A stretch of DNA of 64,000 nt from Candidatus Rifleibacteriota bacterium (GCA_024710355.1 JANJUX010000047.1:2542-66541), one strand, 5' to 3'. Shown: positions 46,120-56,700, counted from the first letter of the stretch. Notes: a model not told the origin generated them from the sequence alone. Numbers and translations: made by a program.

Positions 46120-48798
46120 TTATTTGCTGTCAATAGATCTTGTTCTGAAGCTTGCGGGCAGAACATTGATGTTGAACTTCATTTCGCGGGCCTGGCCAAT
46201 ATTGCCGTCTTTGGCGCGGTCGAAGGCCTTGACTCTGAACTGATACCAGCCGGCGGCTCTGAAGATATGATAGAAACTGACTTTGGGGTCGAAGTCGTTG
46301 AGATCGAACTTGTTGAGGCCGCTGCCGTCTTTGACGATCTTGGTGGCAGTAACGATCTTACCGTCGGCTTCGTGCTCGATTTCTTCGAGTTTACCGGTGG
46401 GCTGCTGGTTGGCATCGAGAGCTTCGATTTCGATTTCGGTCTTGAGAACGCCTCTGAACGGGGTCAGGCTGTCGATATTGTCATAGGGGGCGATGCTGAA
46501 GCGCATGCGCTGGTCTTCTACCGGGATGCCGTTTTTATCCGGACCTTCGGGATCGGTCGGAATGCGCGACAGTTTTTCTTCGGTGCCGTCAGCCTTGATG
46601 ATTGTCCATTCTTTGTTGGCCATGTCGAAGTCTTCTTTGCAGCCTTCTTCGCCGTGGTTTTTCACTTCACCGGTCTTGAGGTCTTTGCAGACCAGCTGTG
46701 AGCCGGCTTCGAGAGATTCAACCGGCGGGATGCCGATTTTGTGAGTGACGCCATTGTTCATGTCTTCGACTTCAGCTTTAATCAGAGGTTTGCTGAATTC
46801 GGCAACGTCGTCGACCTTGACGAGAGAACCGGCCGGGGCTGAGTTGCCGCAGCAGTTGGAAACCTGCTGGGTCATCAGACAGTCAGGCGGAGTTTTCATG
46901 ATTTCGCTGTAGTAGGCTTTCATGGCCTTCGGGTCTTTGGCACTCGGTGCTGGTGGGATTGAATGGTCGTTCCATTCGATCGAGTTCATGGCGAAGTGGC
47001 GCGGCATGATGATGCGCTTGCCGGCGACGGTCCAGGAACCGCTCTTCACGTCGATATTCTTGCCGGTTGCCGGGTCGACCTGTGAAACGGTTTTTTCGGT
47101 GTGTTGAGTCGGAATGTTTTCGAGGGTGATCGGCCCGACGATGCAGCGGCCGAGGTGGGGTTCGAAACCGATCGGGGCGAAGCGGGTGGCTTCACGGGTG
47201 CCTTCGCTCGAAGAGGTGATGAACTGCTGCAGTTCCTGCATGCAGGCGCGGGCTTCAACAGCGGCCGGAGTGGTTTTGCCGTTCAGATCGGCCATGATGT
47301 CGTTGAGCACTGACAGCTGACCGGCATCTTTCTTTTTCCAGGCTTCGTTAAGCTCATTGGTGCGGGTAACCGGGTCGCCGTCAAGATACAGACAGTAGTA
47401 GACGACGCCTTTTTCCCAGGGTTTGAGGAATTTGCCTTCCCAGCTGTTGGTGCGGCGGTCAGCGAGGAATTTGTCGAGTTTTTCTTTCGGCTGTGATTTC
47501 CAGTAGGGGTGGTGACCTTCAAAATAGGTCTGCTCGCGTGAACTGACCGATTTACCGACGTAGGGGCCGTAGGTGTCGTTCGACTTCAGGAAGTAGAAGA
47601 AAAGCACCTGTTTGTTATCAGCAGCGCCGTCGAAGAATGGGTTCGGCAGCTGATAGAGTTCATCGGAGCTGAACTGGTATTCAAAGGCATTGGTGATTGC
47701 CGGTGAAGTTGGTGAAAGATCGGGGTTTTCGTTGGTGTAGCTGACGCTCATGCCGTCTTTACCGCCGTTGTAGCCAAGGTATTTGCCGACAACGGCTTCA
47801 TATACCGAGCCCTGCGGATTCAGGAAATCCTGAGAAATTTCGGGGTAAGAATAATCTTCGACGTAAACCATGTTGTAGTCGGTGAATTCGCTGTAGGTTT
47901 TGCCGTCGATTTCGGCTTTGAGGTTCCAGGAAGGTTTGAGGTTTTCCGGGATCGGTTTGGCAGTTTTTTCGGGGCCGAATTTTTCGAAAGAAGAATCGGC
48001 CGGAGCAGCAGTCAGATTGGCGGTGCCAGGAATTTCGCCGGCGGGGTCAGCGGTCTGCAGAGCGGTTTCCGGGTAAGCATTGCCTGATACTGTCGGAGCC
48101 GGAACTTCGGCGCGTTCGTAGGTCATGATCATGCCGACCTGCTGCAGGAATTTGGAGCCGGCGACGTCTTCGCGGCCGCGAATACCAGAGTCAAAAGCGG
48201 TGGTATGGCGGTTAACGTAGAGTTTTTTGTCCCAGACGTCGGATTCACTTTTGCTGCCATTCACGACATCTTCAAAATATTTAAGATCGGCGTCTTTCAG
48301 GTTCATGAACGGTGACCAGACTTCACCGCCTGATACGCCATTCTTGTTGCCTTCTGCGAGTACTTTTTTCTTTTCGTCAGGTTGTTCGAAGAACCAGTGA
48401 TATTTTACGTTGCGGTAAACGTAGAATTTGCCGGTGGCCTTTTCTTTGACGATGAATGGGAACTTGTCTTTGCCGGCGCCGGTGTTGCGGTAGATCTGGG
48501 CAGCATCGGTGATCATGTTGGCACCGTTCTTTTCGATCGGGGCCGGTTCATAGAATGGCATCCAGACGGCAATCTGGGCTTCTGGTTTGTCAGTGTGGCC
48601 AGAGACGCGTTCGACGTTCATGCCGTCGGCGAGCACGCCGCCTTCTTCAAGCTTCGAATCAAAAAATCTGATTTTTGATTTCGGAAAATAGCTTGACTCG
48701 CGGCCCGGTTCGACCTCGACAGCCGGCAGCTGTGTGGCAAGACCAAACAGCAGCAGCGAAGCAACACAGATCGGTTTTTTAAGATTCTTCAAACTCAT
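46120..48798 (-). CDS. Large secreted hypothetical protein (892 aa) with Ig-like C-terminus
   Basis: Signal peptide; GGAGG RBS; C-terminal GWYQFRVKAFDRAKDGN...INVL beta-sandwich-like motif. Confidence 0.75.
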   Translation of the reverse strand: MSLKNLKKPICVASLLLFGLATQLPAVEVEPGRESSYFPKSKIRFFDSKLEEGGVLADGMNVERVSGHTDKPEAQIAVWMPFYEPAPIEKNGANMITDAAQIYRNTGAGKDKFPFIVKEKATGKFYVYRNVKYHWFFEQPDEKKKVLAEGNKNGVSGGEVWSPFMNLKDADLKYFEDVVNGSKSESDVWDKKLYVNRHTTAFDSGIRGREDVAGSKFLQQVGMIMTYERAEVPAPTVSGNAYPETALQTADPAGEIPGTANLTAAPADSSFEKFGPEKTAKPIPENLKPSWNLKAEIDGKTYSEFTDYNMVYVEDYSYPEISQDFLNPQGSVYEAVVGKYLGYNGGKDGMSVSYTNENPDLSPTSPAITNAFEYQFSSDELYQLPNPFFDGAADNKQVLFFYFLKSNDTYGPYVGKSVSSREQTYFEGHHPYWKSQPKEKLDKFLADRRTNSWEGKFLKPWEKGVVYYCLYLDGDPVTRTNELNEAWKKKDAGQLSVLNDIMADLNGKTTPAAVEARACMQELQQFITSSSEGTREATRFAPIGFEPHLGRCIVGPITLENIPTQHTEKTVSQVDPATGKNIDVKSGSWTVAGKRIIMPRHFAMNSIEWNDHSIPPAPSAKDPKAMKAYYSEIMKTPPDCLMTQQVSNCCGNSAPAGSLVKVDDVAEFSKPLIKAEVEDMNNGVTHKIGIPPVESLEAGSQLVCKDLKTGEVKNHGEEGCKEDFDMANKEWTIIKADGTEEKLSRIPTDPEGPDKNGIPVEDQRMRFSIAPYDNIDSLTPFRGVLKTEIEIEALDANQQPTGKLEEIEHEADGKIVTATKIVKDGSGLNKFDLNDFDPKVSFYHIFRAAGWYQFRVKAFDRAKDGNIGQAREMKFNINVLPASFRTRSIDSK

Positions 48799-48825
48799 AA
48801 TTCCTCCTGATAAAACTGGGGATTT

Positions 48826-50463
48826 TTACTCGGTTTTAAACTGACTCTGAACGAAAGCGTCAAACTCACGGGCATTGCGCAGAGTTTCCTCGTTTTCGTC
48901 GAGCCAGCGCCTGGCTCCCTGGGCTTCAGGTGCATCAGGCCGTTTGGCAACGAATGCCGAGAGGTGCGCGTATGCGAGTTCCTGGTCATTCATCGAACTG
49001 TAGGTTCTGATATAATTCGGCCGGTCGGCGACCAGCAGATTTCCGGGAAAGGTTTCGTGGCCGATGCCGCCGTAGAGCTGGCCGAGCCTGAGTTTTGCGC
49101 GGTAGGCGATGTCGTCTTCATACATGGCGAGCAGGCTGTAAATGCGTTTTGCCTCTTCGAGGCGCTCGTCGAGTTCAAGAAAAATGGCTTTCCAGTATTC
49201 GACACGCGGGTCGCCTTTAAAGAACTTTTCGCAGCGGGCAAGATGATTGTTAGCGCGGTAGTCGCCCTTGCGCGCGAAAATTTCGAGCAGACCGACATTG
49301 ACGTCGAAATTATCGGGGTTCATGTCGTAGGCGAGGTTGAACATTACCAGCGCAAAGCCATAGTCGTTGTTTTTCAGATAGGCTTTGCCAAGACCGACGA
49401 GCGGCATGAAATTGTCTGGCCAGAGGTCACGGGCCTTCTGCAGCACTTCGATGGCTTTGGGAAACTGCTGCATTTTCTGATAAGCCTCGCCAAGGCCAAG
49501 ATAGGCCTGCATGGCGTTTTTGTCGAGTTTTATCGCCTTTTCGAATTTCTCGACAGCCTGCTTGTAGAGCTTGTTTTCGCTGTCGAGCTGGCCCGAAAGA
49601 ACCACGGCTTCGACGTTGTCGGGGGTGCTTTTGAGAATGTCGGCGAGTATGGTCTCTGCCTTCTTGTAGTCGGGTTTGTTGGCAAAGATGCAGGCGCGGG
49701 CGTAAGATGCTTTGTGCGCCGGCGTCATGCGTGCGGGGTCGGCCTTTTCGAGGGCCGCGAAAACGGTCATCGCCTTTTGATAGTAGCCGCTGCCAACGTT
49801 GCTGAGGCAGATGATGGCTTTTTCGAGCAGTTCGATATTGGTCGGTTCTGCTTCTACCGCGAGCAGGTAGGCATCGGCGGCGTCCTGAAACTGCCCGCTG
49901 TCAAACAACGAATTGCCTTTGGCATAGTTTTCGCGGGCTTTGTCGTTTTTGATGCTGGTAGGCTCAGCAGCAGCGGTTTCGCTGGCGGCCGGCGGTTCAG
50001 CGGCGGTGCTGGCCACGTCTGCAGCTGCCTGAGTTTCGTTCTGGCTGCCGGTGTCAGTCGAAGCGGTTTCGCTGGCGGCAGAAACGGTGGCAGCTGAAGC
50101 AGTCTGGTTTTTGTCGCCTGAGGCTCTCTGTGGGTCTTCAGGAATTTTGCCTTTGTTGCTTTCGAGCAGCTTTTTGAGGGTTTTGGCACGGTCGAGGGCC
50201 TTGTCAGCCAGGTCGATCCGACCGATTTTCCGCAGTGACAGGCTGAACAGATACCAGGCTTCGGGGTGTTTAGGGTGATTCTTGATCTCGTCTTTGTTCT
50301 GGGTGAGAATTTGATTGAAAAGTTCGGCCGACTTTTTAAAGTCGCCACTTTTTATCAATTTTTTGCCATTTTCGATTTCGGCTTCAAGATTGACGGCAGC
50401 CAGTGCGCCCGTGGCAAGACCGGCGCAGACGAAAGCTGTCATAAGAAGATTACGCACCTTCAT
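48826..50463 (-). CDS. Secreted tetratricopeptide-repeat protein
   Basis: Signal peptide; several TPRs (AVEKFEKAIKLD, AYLGLGEAYQKM, LVGLGKAY); Ala/Thr/Ser-rich linker. Confidence 0.88.
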   Translation of the reverse strand: MKVRNLLMTAFVCAGLATGALAAVNLEAEIENGKKLIKSGDFKKSAELFNQILTQNKDEIKNHPKHPEAWYLFSLSLRKIGRIDLADKALDRAKTLKKLLESNKGKIPEDPQRASGDKNQTASAATVSAASETASTDTGSQNETQAAADVASTAAEPPAASETAAAEPTSIKNDKARENYAKGNSLFDSGQFQDAADAYLLAVEAEPTNIELLEKAIICLSNVGSGYYQKAMTVFAALEKADPARMTPAHKASYARACIFANKPDYKKAETILADILKSTPDNVEAVVLSGQLDSENKLYKQAVEKFEKAIKLDKNAMQAYLGLGEAYQKMQQFPKAIEVLQKARDLWPDNFMPLVGLGKAYLKNNDYGFALVMFNLAYDMNPDNFDVNVGLLEIFARKGDYRANNHLARCEKFFKGDPRVEYWKAIFLELDERLEEAKRIYSLLAMYEDDIAYRAKLRLGQLYGGIGHETFPGNLLVADRPNYIRTYSSMNDQELAYAHLSAFVAKRPDAPEAQGARRWLDENEETLRNAREFDAFVQSQFKTE

Positions 50464-51401
50464 TGCTTTTGCTCCTCAAGACCATTCTCTGTGAATGACA
50501 TGGTGTGGATAAAGTTTCTTGCGTCATCAGATTTATATATTTTACCATCCGCTGTACCGACATAGAGAATTTTTTTTGTATCGACGGCAGCGCACTTGGC
50601 ATCATCGAATGGCACAGAAATTTCGGTCGCGTCGACATTTTTTATGCTCCAGAAGCCCAGATCACCGCCGGCGAGCACTGCACCGTCGTAAACCTGCAAA
50701 AAGTGCACCGGACCGATTGTGCCACTTATCTGGCGCGGGTAGCCATCGCCTTCTATGGCGAAAACGCCGCGGTCGGTGCTGCCCGCATAGAGAATGCCTT
50801 CGTGAAGCAGCAGACAGTTGACGGCCCGGCGCAATTCGGCCGCCTGCGGTCGCCAGGTGCCGCTCGCAACGTTGCGATAGAGACCGGTTGCAGTGCCAAG
50901 CCAGAGTTGATTCTGCCACTCGGCGATACTGTTGACCCAGGCAAGTTGCGAAGATTCGTCGACCTTCATCGGCCGCCAGGCATCAGCGTCGAGAAACGCG
51001 GTGCCACTGCCGACCGAGCCGATAAACACCCGGCCATCAGAAGTCTGTGTCAGCGCGTGCAGCTTTTCAAAACCAGTCGCCTGCTGTAATGGCTCGAAAT
51101 CGAGAGATTCGGTGTCGAGGCGCAGACAGCCGCCGCCTGCGGTGGCAATATAAAGTTTTTCGCCGTTCAGCATCAGATTATTGACCATGGGAAAAGGCTG
51201 CCCGTCTTTTTCGAACCGGCGCGGGCCGGCAGCATCGATCTGCCACAGACCTTTGCCGAAGGTAGCGACCCAGAGCCGCCCGTTCCCTTCGACTGCGAGA
51301 CTGCGGATCGTCGAGGCGTAGGCAGGCAGCTTCGCCTCGCCGGCACTGGCGAGCAGCGGCAGGCTCATTGCTAGCAACAGCAGCAGAAGTTTACGCAGCA
51401 T
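50460..51401 (-). CDS. Secreted beta-propeller protein
   Basis: Signal peptide; repeats LWVATFGKGL, LYIATAGGG, VFIGSVGSG, LWLGTATGL, LYAGSTDRGV. Confidence 0.8.
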   Translation of the reverse strand: MLRKLLLLLLAMSLPLLASAGEAKLPAYASTIRSLAVEGNGRLWVATFGKGLWQIDAAGPRRFEKDGQPFPMVNNLMLNGEKLYIATAGGGCLRLDTESLDFEPLQQATGFEKLHALTQTSDGRVFIGSVGSGTAFLDADAWRPMKVDESSQLAWVNSIAEWQNQLWLGTATGLYRNVASGTWRPQAAELRRAVNCLLLHEGILYAGSTDRGVFAIEGDGYPRQISGTIGPVHFLQVYDGAVLAGGDLGFWSIKNVDATEISVPFDDAKCAAVDTKKILYVGTADGKIYKSDDARNFIHTMSFTENGLEEQKQ

Positions 51402-51556
51402 GATCTGGTTTCCTGTCTTACGGTGTACATATTGCTGAACTGACTGTAAGCTGTCAGCTCTTTCACTTAATTTACGAACGGGCGGCTAAAAAGGTTTCAT
51501 ATCTTTTTTGCGGCAATTTTTAAATCGTTTGAGTTTTGCGGCGGTTATGGTGTATA

Positions 51557-51585
51557 TTGACAGCGTTGGGGGGGTGTGCTAGTAT
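51557..51585 (+). promoter_or_regulatory. Sigma-70 promoter for the hpf-ptsN-secA run
   Basis: TTGACA-N17-TAGTAT. Confidence 0.7.
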
Positions 51586-51639
51586 GGGCTCCCCAAACAA
51601 TACGGGATACGCGCTATTCCTCATTATCCGGAGGCTTTT

Positions 51640-52230
51640 ATGCAGTTTGTAATCAAGGGAAAAAATCTTCAGCTCACCGACGCTCTCAAAGAATACGCCG
51701 AGAAGAAGCTGTCGATCATCAAAAAATACTTCGACCACATTGTTGAAGTCGATGTAACTCTTTCTGTCAAAGATTCAAAAGACACCAGCCGCAGCAGAGT
51801 CTGTGAAGTTACCGTCTGGGCCAAATCAGTCGGCAACCCGATTCATGGTAAATCAGCCTCTGAAGACCTCTACGCTTCGATCGACATGGTTGTCGAAAAA
51901 ATCGAACGCCAGGTCAAGAAGTTCAAAGAAAAAATCACCGGCCGCCGCAGAAACAACAAGGGCGCCGACAAACAGGCTACCCACAGCGTTCTGTCATTCG
52001 GTGAAGATTTCGCCGTCAGAAGCGAACAGGAAGCCCCGACCGAAATCAAACCCAAAATCGTTCGCAGCGGCACTTTCCCGATGCGCCCGATGTATTCTGA
52101 TGAAGCAGCTGAACAGCTTGAACTCTTCAACCAGGACTTCTTCGTATTCTCTAACGCAGAAACCAACAAGATCAACGTTATCTATCGCAGGGGCGACGGC
52201 AACTTCGGTCTCATCGAACCTGAATATTGA
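51640..52230 (+). CDS. hpf: Ribosome hibernation promoting factor (long HPF)
   Basis: IKGKNLQLTDALKEYAEKKL, DLYASIDMVVEKIERQVKKFK, C-terminal PM..DEA..Q...FFVF.N...INVIYRR.DGNFGLIEP. Confidence 0.95.
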   Translation: MQFVIKGKNLQLTDALKEYAEKKLSIIKKYFDHIVEVDVTLSVKDSKDTSRSRVCEVTVWAKSVGNPIHGKSASEDLYASIDMVVEKIERQVKKFKEKITGRRRNNKGADKQATHSVLSFGEDFAVRSEQEAPTEIKPKIVRSGTFPMRPMYSDEAAEQLELFNQDFFVFSNAETNKINVIYRRGDGNFGLIEPEY

Positions 52231-52272
52231 TCAACAAAGACTTGAACCCCTGACCGGGATGCAGGAGGAGTT

Positions 52273-52728
52273 TTGGAACTAAGCGAATTTATATCACCCC
52301 AGCTGACAAAGTTGGAATTGAGTTCCACCACGAAGCTTGATGCCATTAAAGAGCTTATCGATATGCTCGATACGGCCGGCTATCTTACCGATGCCGACGC
52401 CTTTCTGAAGTCTGTTCTTGAACGCGAGAAAGTCGGTTCAACCGGTATCGGCAAAGGTATTGCCATTCCGCACTCAAGAACTGCCACCGTCAGAGAAGTC
52501 GTTGTCGCGATCGGTCGATCCAGCGCCGGAATTGAATTCGAAGCGCTCGATAACCGGCCTGTGCATCTGATTTTCCTGATTGCCGCTCCGATCGAGTCAG
52601 GCGGGCTTTACCTCAAGGCTCTCGCCCGCCTTTCAAGACTGCTGCGCTATCAGGAATTCCGCAATGAGCTCATGGAAGCCGGAACCGTCGAAGAGGTAAT
52701 CAAAATTATCTCTGCCGAAGAAAAATAA
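52273..52728 (+). CDS. PTS EIIA domain protein (PtsN/fructose-mannitol family)
   Basis: REKVGSTGIGKGIAIPHSR, DNRPVHLIFL; TTG start after GGAGG. Confidence 0.9.
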   Translation: MELSEFISPQLTKLELSSTTKLDAIKELIDMLDTAGYLTDADAFLKSVLEREKVGSTGIGKGIAIPHSRTATVREVVVAIGRSSAGIEFEALDNRPVHLIFLIAAPIESGGLYLKALARLSRLLRYQEFRNELMEAGTVEEVIKIISAEEK

Positions 52729-52842
52729 GGCCTTAACCATTGTCCTTATAACCGGCGAAAACCGGGCTCACAAATCTAATGAATGCGTCAGGCGCGAGCC
52801 TTTAACAGGGCCGCGCCTTCTATTTTGAAAGGGGTCTCAGGC

Positions 52843-55611
52843 ATGTTTGGATGGCTTTATAAGCTGGTCAGATTCTTCATTCCAGATTTCAACGCACGGG
52901 AACTGGCCCGACTACAGGAAACCCTCGAAGAAGTCAACGTTCTTGAGGATTCATTTAAAAAGCTTTCGAACGAAGAACTTGCCGGTATGACCCTGAAGTT
53001 CCGCCAGCGACTTTATGATGGCGAATCGGTTGACAATATCAAAGCCGAAGCTTTTGCCACCGTAAGAGAAGCCTCGCGCCGCATACTCAATATGCGTCAT
53101 TACGACGTGCAGATCCTCGGCGGCCTGTCTCTCAACGAAGGGCGCATCGTCGAAATGAAGACCGGCGAAGGTAAAACCCTCGTCGCCACTCTGCCGCTAT
53201 ATCTCAATGCCCTCGAACTGAACCCCGTCTGGCTCGATCTCGCCAAAAAGAAGGGTCAGAAAACTTTCGAACCAATCGTCGATGCCAACGGTATTCCGGT
53301 GCCGGTTGGCCGGGGCGCTCTGCTCGTCACCGTCAACGATTACCTGGCCCGCCGCGACTCTGAATGGATGGGCAAAGTCTATCGTTTTCTCGGCCTCAGC
53401 GTCGGCCTGAACATTCATGGTCTGAATGCCGAACAGAAGCGCGCCGCCTACGCCTCAGACATCACCTACGGCACCAACAACGAATTCGGTTTTGACTATC
53501 TGCGCGACAATATGGCACTGACTCTTGCCGACTGCGTGCAGAGACCCGAATACAACTTCGCCATCGTCGACGAAGTCGACTCGATTCTTATCGATGAGGC
53601 GCGAACGCCGCTGATCATTTCGGGCCCGGCCGAAAAAGCTACACAGCTGTATTTTATCTATGCCAAAGTGGCCCGCGAAATTCTCAAACCCGACGAAGAC
53701 TATATCGTTGACGAAAAGCATCACGGCGTTTCGGTTACCGAAGCTGGTATCGCCAGGGTCGAAAAGGCTCTTGGCATCGAAAATCTTTATGACAACAGCA
53801 ACATGGACCACGTGCATCAGCTGCAGAACGCTCTGAAAGCGAAGCATTTCTTCCATCGCGATAAAGAATACATTGTCAGGCCGCGCGAAGACGGTCGTGG
53901 CCAGGAAGTCGTCATCGTCGACGAATTCACCGGCCGCCTGATGTTCGGTCGCCGCTATTCGGATGGTCTGCACCAGGCTATCGAAGCTAAAGAAGGCGTT
54001 CCGATACAACAGGAAAACCAGACTCTCGCTTCGATCACCTTTCAGAACTACTTCAGGCTTTATCGCAAACTCGCCGGCATGACCGGTACTGCTGAAACTG
54101 AAGCAAAAGAATTTAAAGAAATCTACAAGTGCGAAGTCGTGGTCATTCCGCCCAACAAGCCCTGCATAAGAATTGACCAGGCCGATGTCATCTACAAGAC
54201 GGTCCAGGAAAAATTCGAAGCGATCGTCGATAACATCATCGAGATTCATAACCGCAAACAGCCGGTTCTCGTGGGCACCATCTCGATCGAAAAAAGTGAA
54301 CTGATCGCGGCGATGCTGCGCAAACGCGGCATTACCTGCCAGGTTCTCAACGCCAAATACCACGAAAAAGAAGCCGAAATCGTCGCTCAGGCCGGTAGAG
54401 AAGGCGCCATCACCATCGCCACCAACATGGCTGGCCGCGGTACCGACATTCTTCTCGGCGGTAACCCCGAAATGCTTGCCAAGCGCGAAGTTGACGATAT
54501 CGAGAGTGCCGAATACAAAGAGGCGCTGGCCAAATACCGCAACCAGTGCGAAGATGAGAAAAAGCGCGTTATCGAAGCCGGTGGCCTGTTTATTCTCGGT
54601 ACCGAACGTCATGAATCGCGCCGTATCGACAACCAGCTGCGCGGTCGTGCCGGCCGCCAGGGCGACCCGGGCGCCAGCCAGTTCTATCTGTCGCTTGAAG
54701 ATGATCTGATGCGCCTGTTCGGCTCGGTTAACATCGCCGGCTGGATGGAAAAACTCGGCTGGGAACGCGGCGAACCGATCGAACACCCCTGGATCTCGCG
54801 CTCGATCGAAAGCGCCCAGCGCAAGGTTGAAGCCTACCATTTCGACGTGCGCAAGCATATTCTCAAATACGATGACGTCATGAACCAGCAGCGCACCGTG
54901 GTTTACAATGAACGCCGCAAAGCCCTCGAACAGGAAAGGGTTTATGACGATCTGCTGTCGATGATCAGCGAAGTCATCGAAGGCGCCGTCGGTGCCACTC
55001 TTTCTCCTGAAATCGACCCGGACGACATCGATTACAATGCACTGGCTGACCAGATCAGGAAGGTTTTTCCGATCGAATGCGAGGGCGGCGACCCGAAAAA
55101 CGGCAAGCCCGGCCAGCTCTGCACCTATTCACGTGACGAACTGGTTGATGAACTGAAGCGCCGCGCCATGGAAAGACTCAACGCCAAACGCGCCGAACTC
55201 GGCGATGACGACTTCTTCTCGATGCAGAAGTTCCTGCTGCTGCAGATCGTCGATGCCAAATGGAAAGACCACCTGCACAACATGGACAACCTGCAGGACG
55301 GCATTCACCTGCGCAGCTGGGGCCAGCGCGATCCGCTGGTTGAATACAAGATCGAAGGTTTCCAGATGTTTCAGAACATGATCGAAAGCATCAAGGAAGA
55401 CCTGCTGTATTACCTCTACCGCGTTTCTTACTCGCGCAACGAAGAACAGGAAGCCCAGAAAGAACAGGAAGAGGAAGTCTATTACAACCGCGGCGACGGC
55501 GATGCTCCCCCGAAACAGCCTGCCCATGCCGAAGATACCACCAACCGCAACGAGCCCTGCCCGTGCGGCAGTGGCAAGAAATACAAGAAGTGCTGCGGCC
55601 GAACCAGCTGA
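52843..55611 (+). CDS. secA: Preprotein translocase subunit SecA
   Basis: EMKTGEGKTL, TVNDYLARRD, YGTNNEFGFDYLRDN, VDEVDS, GTERHESRRID, C-terminal RNEPCPCGSGKKYKKCCG. Confidence 0.97.
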   Translation: MFGWLYKLVRFFIPDFNARELARLQETLEEVNVLEDSFKKLSNEELAGMTLKFRQRLYDGESVDNIKAEAFATVREASRRILNMRHYDVQILGGLSLNEGRIVEMKTGEGKTLVATLPLYLNALELNPVWLDLAKKKGQKTFEPIVDANGIPVPVGRGALLVTVNDYLARRDSEWMGKVYRFLGLSVGLNIHGLNAEQKRAAYASDITYGTNNEFGFDYLRDNMALTLADCVQRPEYNFAIVDEVDSILIDEARTPLIISGPAEKATQLYFIYAKVAREILKPDEDYIVDEKHHGVSVTEAGIARVEKALGIENLYDNSNMDHVHQLQNALKAKHFFHRDKEYIVRPREDGRGQEVVIVDEFTGRLMFGRRYSDGLHQAIEAKEGVPIQQENQTLASITFQNYFRLYRKLAGMTGTAETEAKEFKEIYKCEVVVIPPNKPCIRIDQADVIYKTVQEKFEAIVDNIIEIHNRKQPVLVGTISIEKSELIAAMLRKRGITCQVLNAKYHEKEAEIVAQAGREGAITIATNMAGRGTDILLGGNPEMLAKREVDDIESAEYKEALAKYRNQCEDEKKRVIEAGGLFILGTERHESRRIDNQLRGRAGRQGDPGASQFYLSLEDDLMRLFGSVNIAGWMEKLGWERGEPIEHPWISRSIESAQRKVEAYHFDVRKHILKYDDVMNQQRTVVYNERRKALEQERVYDDLLSMISEVIEGAVGATLSPEIDPDDIDYNALADQIRKVFPIECEGGDPKNGKPGQLCTYSRDELVDELKRRAMERLNAKRAELGDDDFFSMQKFLLLQIVDAKWKDHLHNMDNLQDGIHLRSWGQRDPLVEYKIEGFQMFQNMIESIKEDLLYYLYRVSYSRNEEQEAQKEQEEEVYYNRGDGDAPPKQPAHAEDTTNRNEPCPCGSGKKYKKCCGRTS

Positions 55612-55683
55612 CAGGGCTGAATTCCTGCGGCAGCTGCCTTAAACCGGGCTTTTCCTGATCAGCTTTTTCAAGCCGGAGAAATT

Positions 55684-56160
55684 ATGTTGGCAATCAGAAA
55701 CAGACAGGCTGCGGTTTCGCTTGTTGAGGTGCTGATTGCCCTCGCCATTCTTTCGACGCTGGCTTTGCCGATGCTGATGTTTCTTGTCGAATATTCGCGC
55801 GGCAGTTCGCAGCTCGGCGACTATTACCAGATTCTCAACATTGTCGAAGAAAAGCTCGATACGGCGCTGGCAATGAACTTCGTCGATCTTCCGACCGGTG
55901 AAACCGACGGCAAACTGGTCGAGGCCGAAAATTCGCGGCCGCTCGATCTGCGCCCGGCTCAGGTCGGGCACGAGATTGTCAAATTCAGAATGCGTGCCGA
56001 GATGGTGACGGTTGAGTTCGCGGCGATGAAAGACGCCACTTCCGGGCAGCTGCAGCGCGCCCGTGTCGAAGACGGCATGAAGCGCATCGAGATTACCGCT
56101 GAATGGGGCGACAAGAAAAAGCACAACATCAGCCTCATCGCTTACAAGGCCAACCTATGA
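55684..56160 (+). CDS. Prepilin-like protein (PilV/GspI-like)
   Basis: RQAA|VSLVEVLIALAIL; GMKRIEITAEW; LIAYKANL. Confidence 0.8.
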   Translation: MLAIRNRQAAVSLVEVLIALAILSTLALPMLMFLVEYSRGSSQLGDYYQILNIVEEKLDTALAMNFVDLPTGETDGKLVEAENSRPLDLRPAQVGHEIVKFRMRAEMVTVEFAAMKDATSGQLQRARVEDGMKRIEITAEWGDKKKHNISLIAYKANL

Positions 56161-56675
56161 CGCCAGCCACGCTGACAATTCAAAGTCAAGATTCCCATAT
56201 CTCTCGGTTCCTGAGCTTGCCGAAGGGCCGTCACGGTATCGCGATGCCGATTATCTTCGGGCTGGTTCTCTGTCTGGCAATCTGGGTGGCTTCGCTTTCC
56301 TGGACGATGACCAACAGTCGGGCGCGTTACCAGCAGGTATTGAAGGCCCGCAAAGCTTACTTTATGGCCCGCTCAGGCATGCAGCACCTTTTCCTGAAGC
56401 TCAAAACCATGCAGCGGCACTGCATCGAGGCCATGCAGTCGATCGAAAATGCCAATGATGACGAAAAAAAACTTCTTTATTCTGTCTTTATTGAGGATAT
56501 AATTGTACCACCCGATGATAGTTACACTGGCGAAAAGTATGAATATCGGGTAAATGAATTCAAGGTCGAGTCGATCGACCATGAAGAGTCGAAACTTACT
56601 CTGCAGGTCGGGGTTGAAGGCAGCTTCGGCGGGCAGAAGAACAGTATCAGCAGACTGATTCGCATAAGTCGATAG
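56157..56675 (+). CDS. Small PilX/GspK-like prepilin protein
   Basis: GRHG|IAMPIIFGLVLCL; KAYFMARSGMQH; ATGA-coupled to the previous gene. Confidence 0.72.
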   Translation: MTPATLTIQSQDSHISRFLSLPKGRHGIAMPIIFGLVLCLAIWVASLSWTMTNSRARYQQVLKARKAYFMARSGMQHLFLKLKTMQRHCIEAMQSIENANDDEKKLLYSVFIEDIIVPPDDSYTGEKYEYRVNEFKVESIDHEESKLTLQVGVEGSFGGQKNSISRLIRISR

Positions 56676-56700
56676 TCTGAACATTTCAGGAGGCATAACC

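Noticed and set aside
48964-50097. 377-aa plus-strand ORF
   Set aside because: Antisense shadow of the TPR gene; no independent evidence
53455-54858. 467-aa minus-strand ORF
   Set aside because: Antisense shadow of secA
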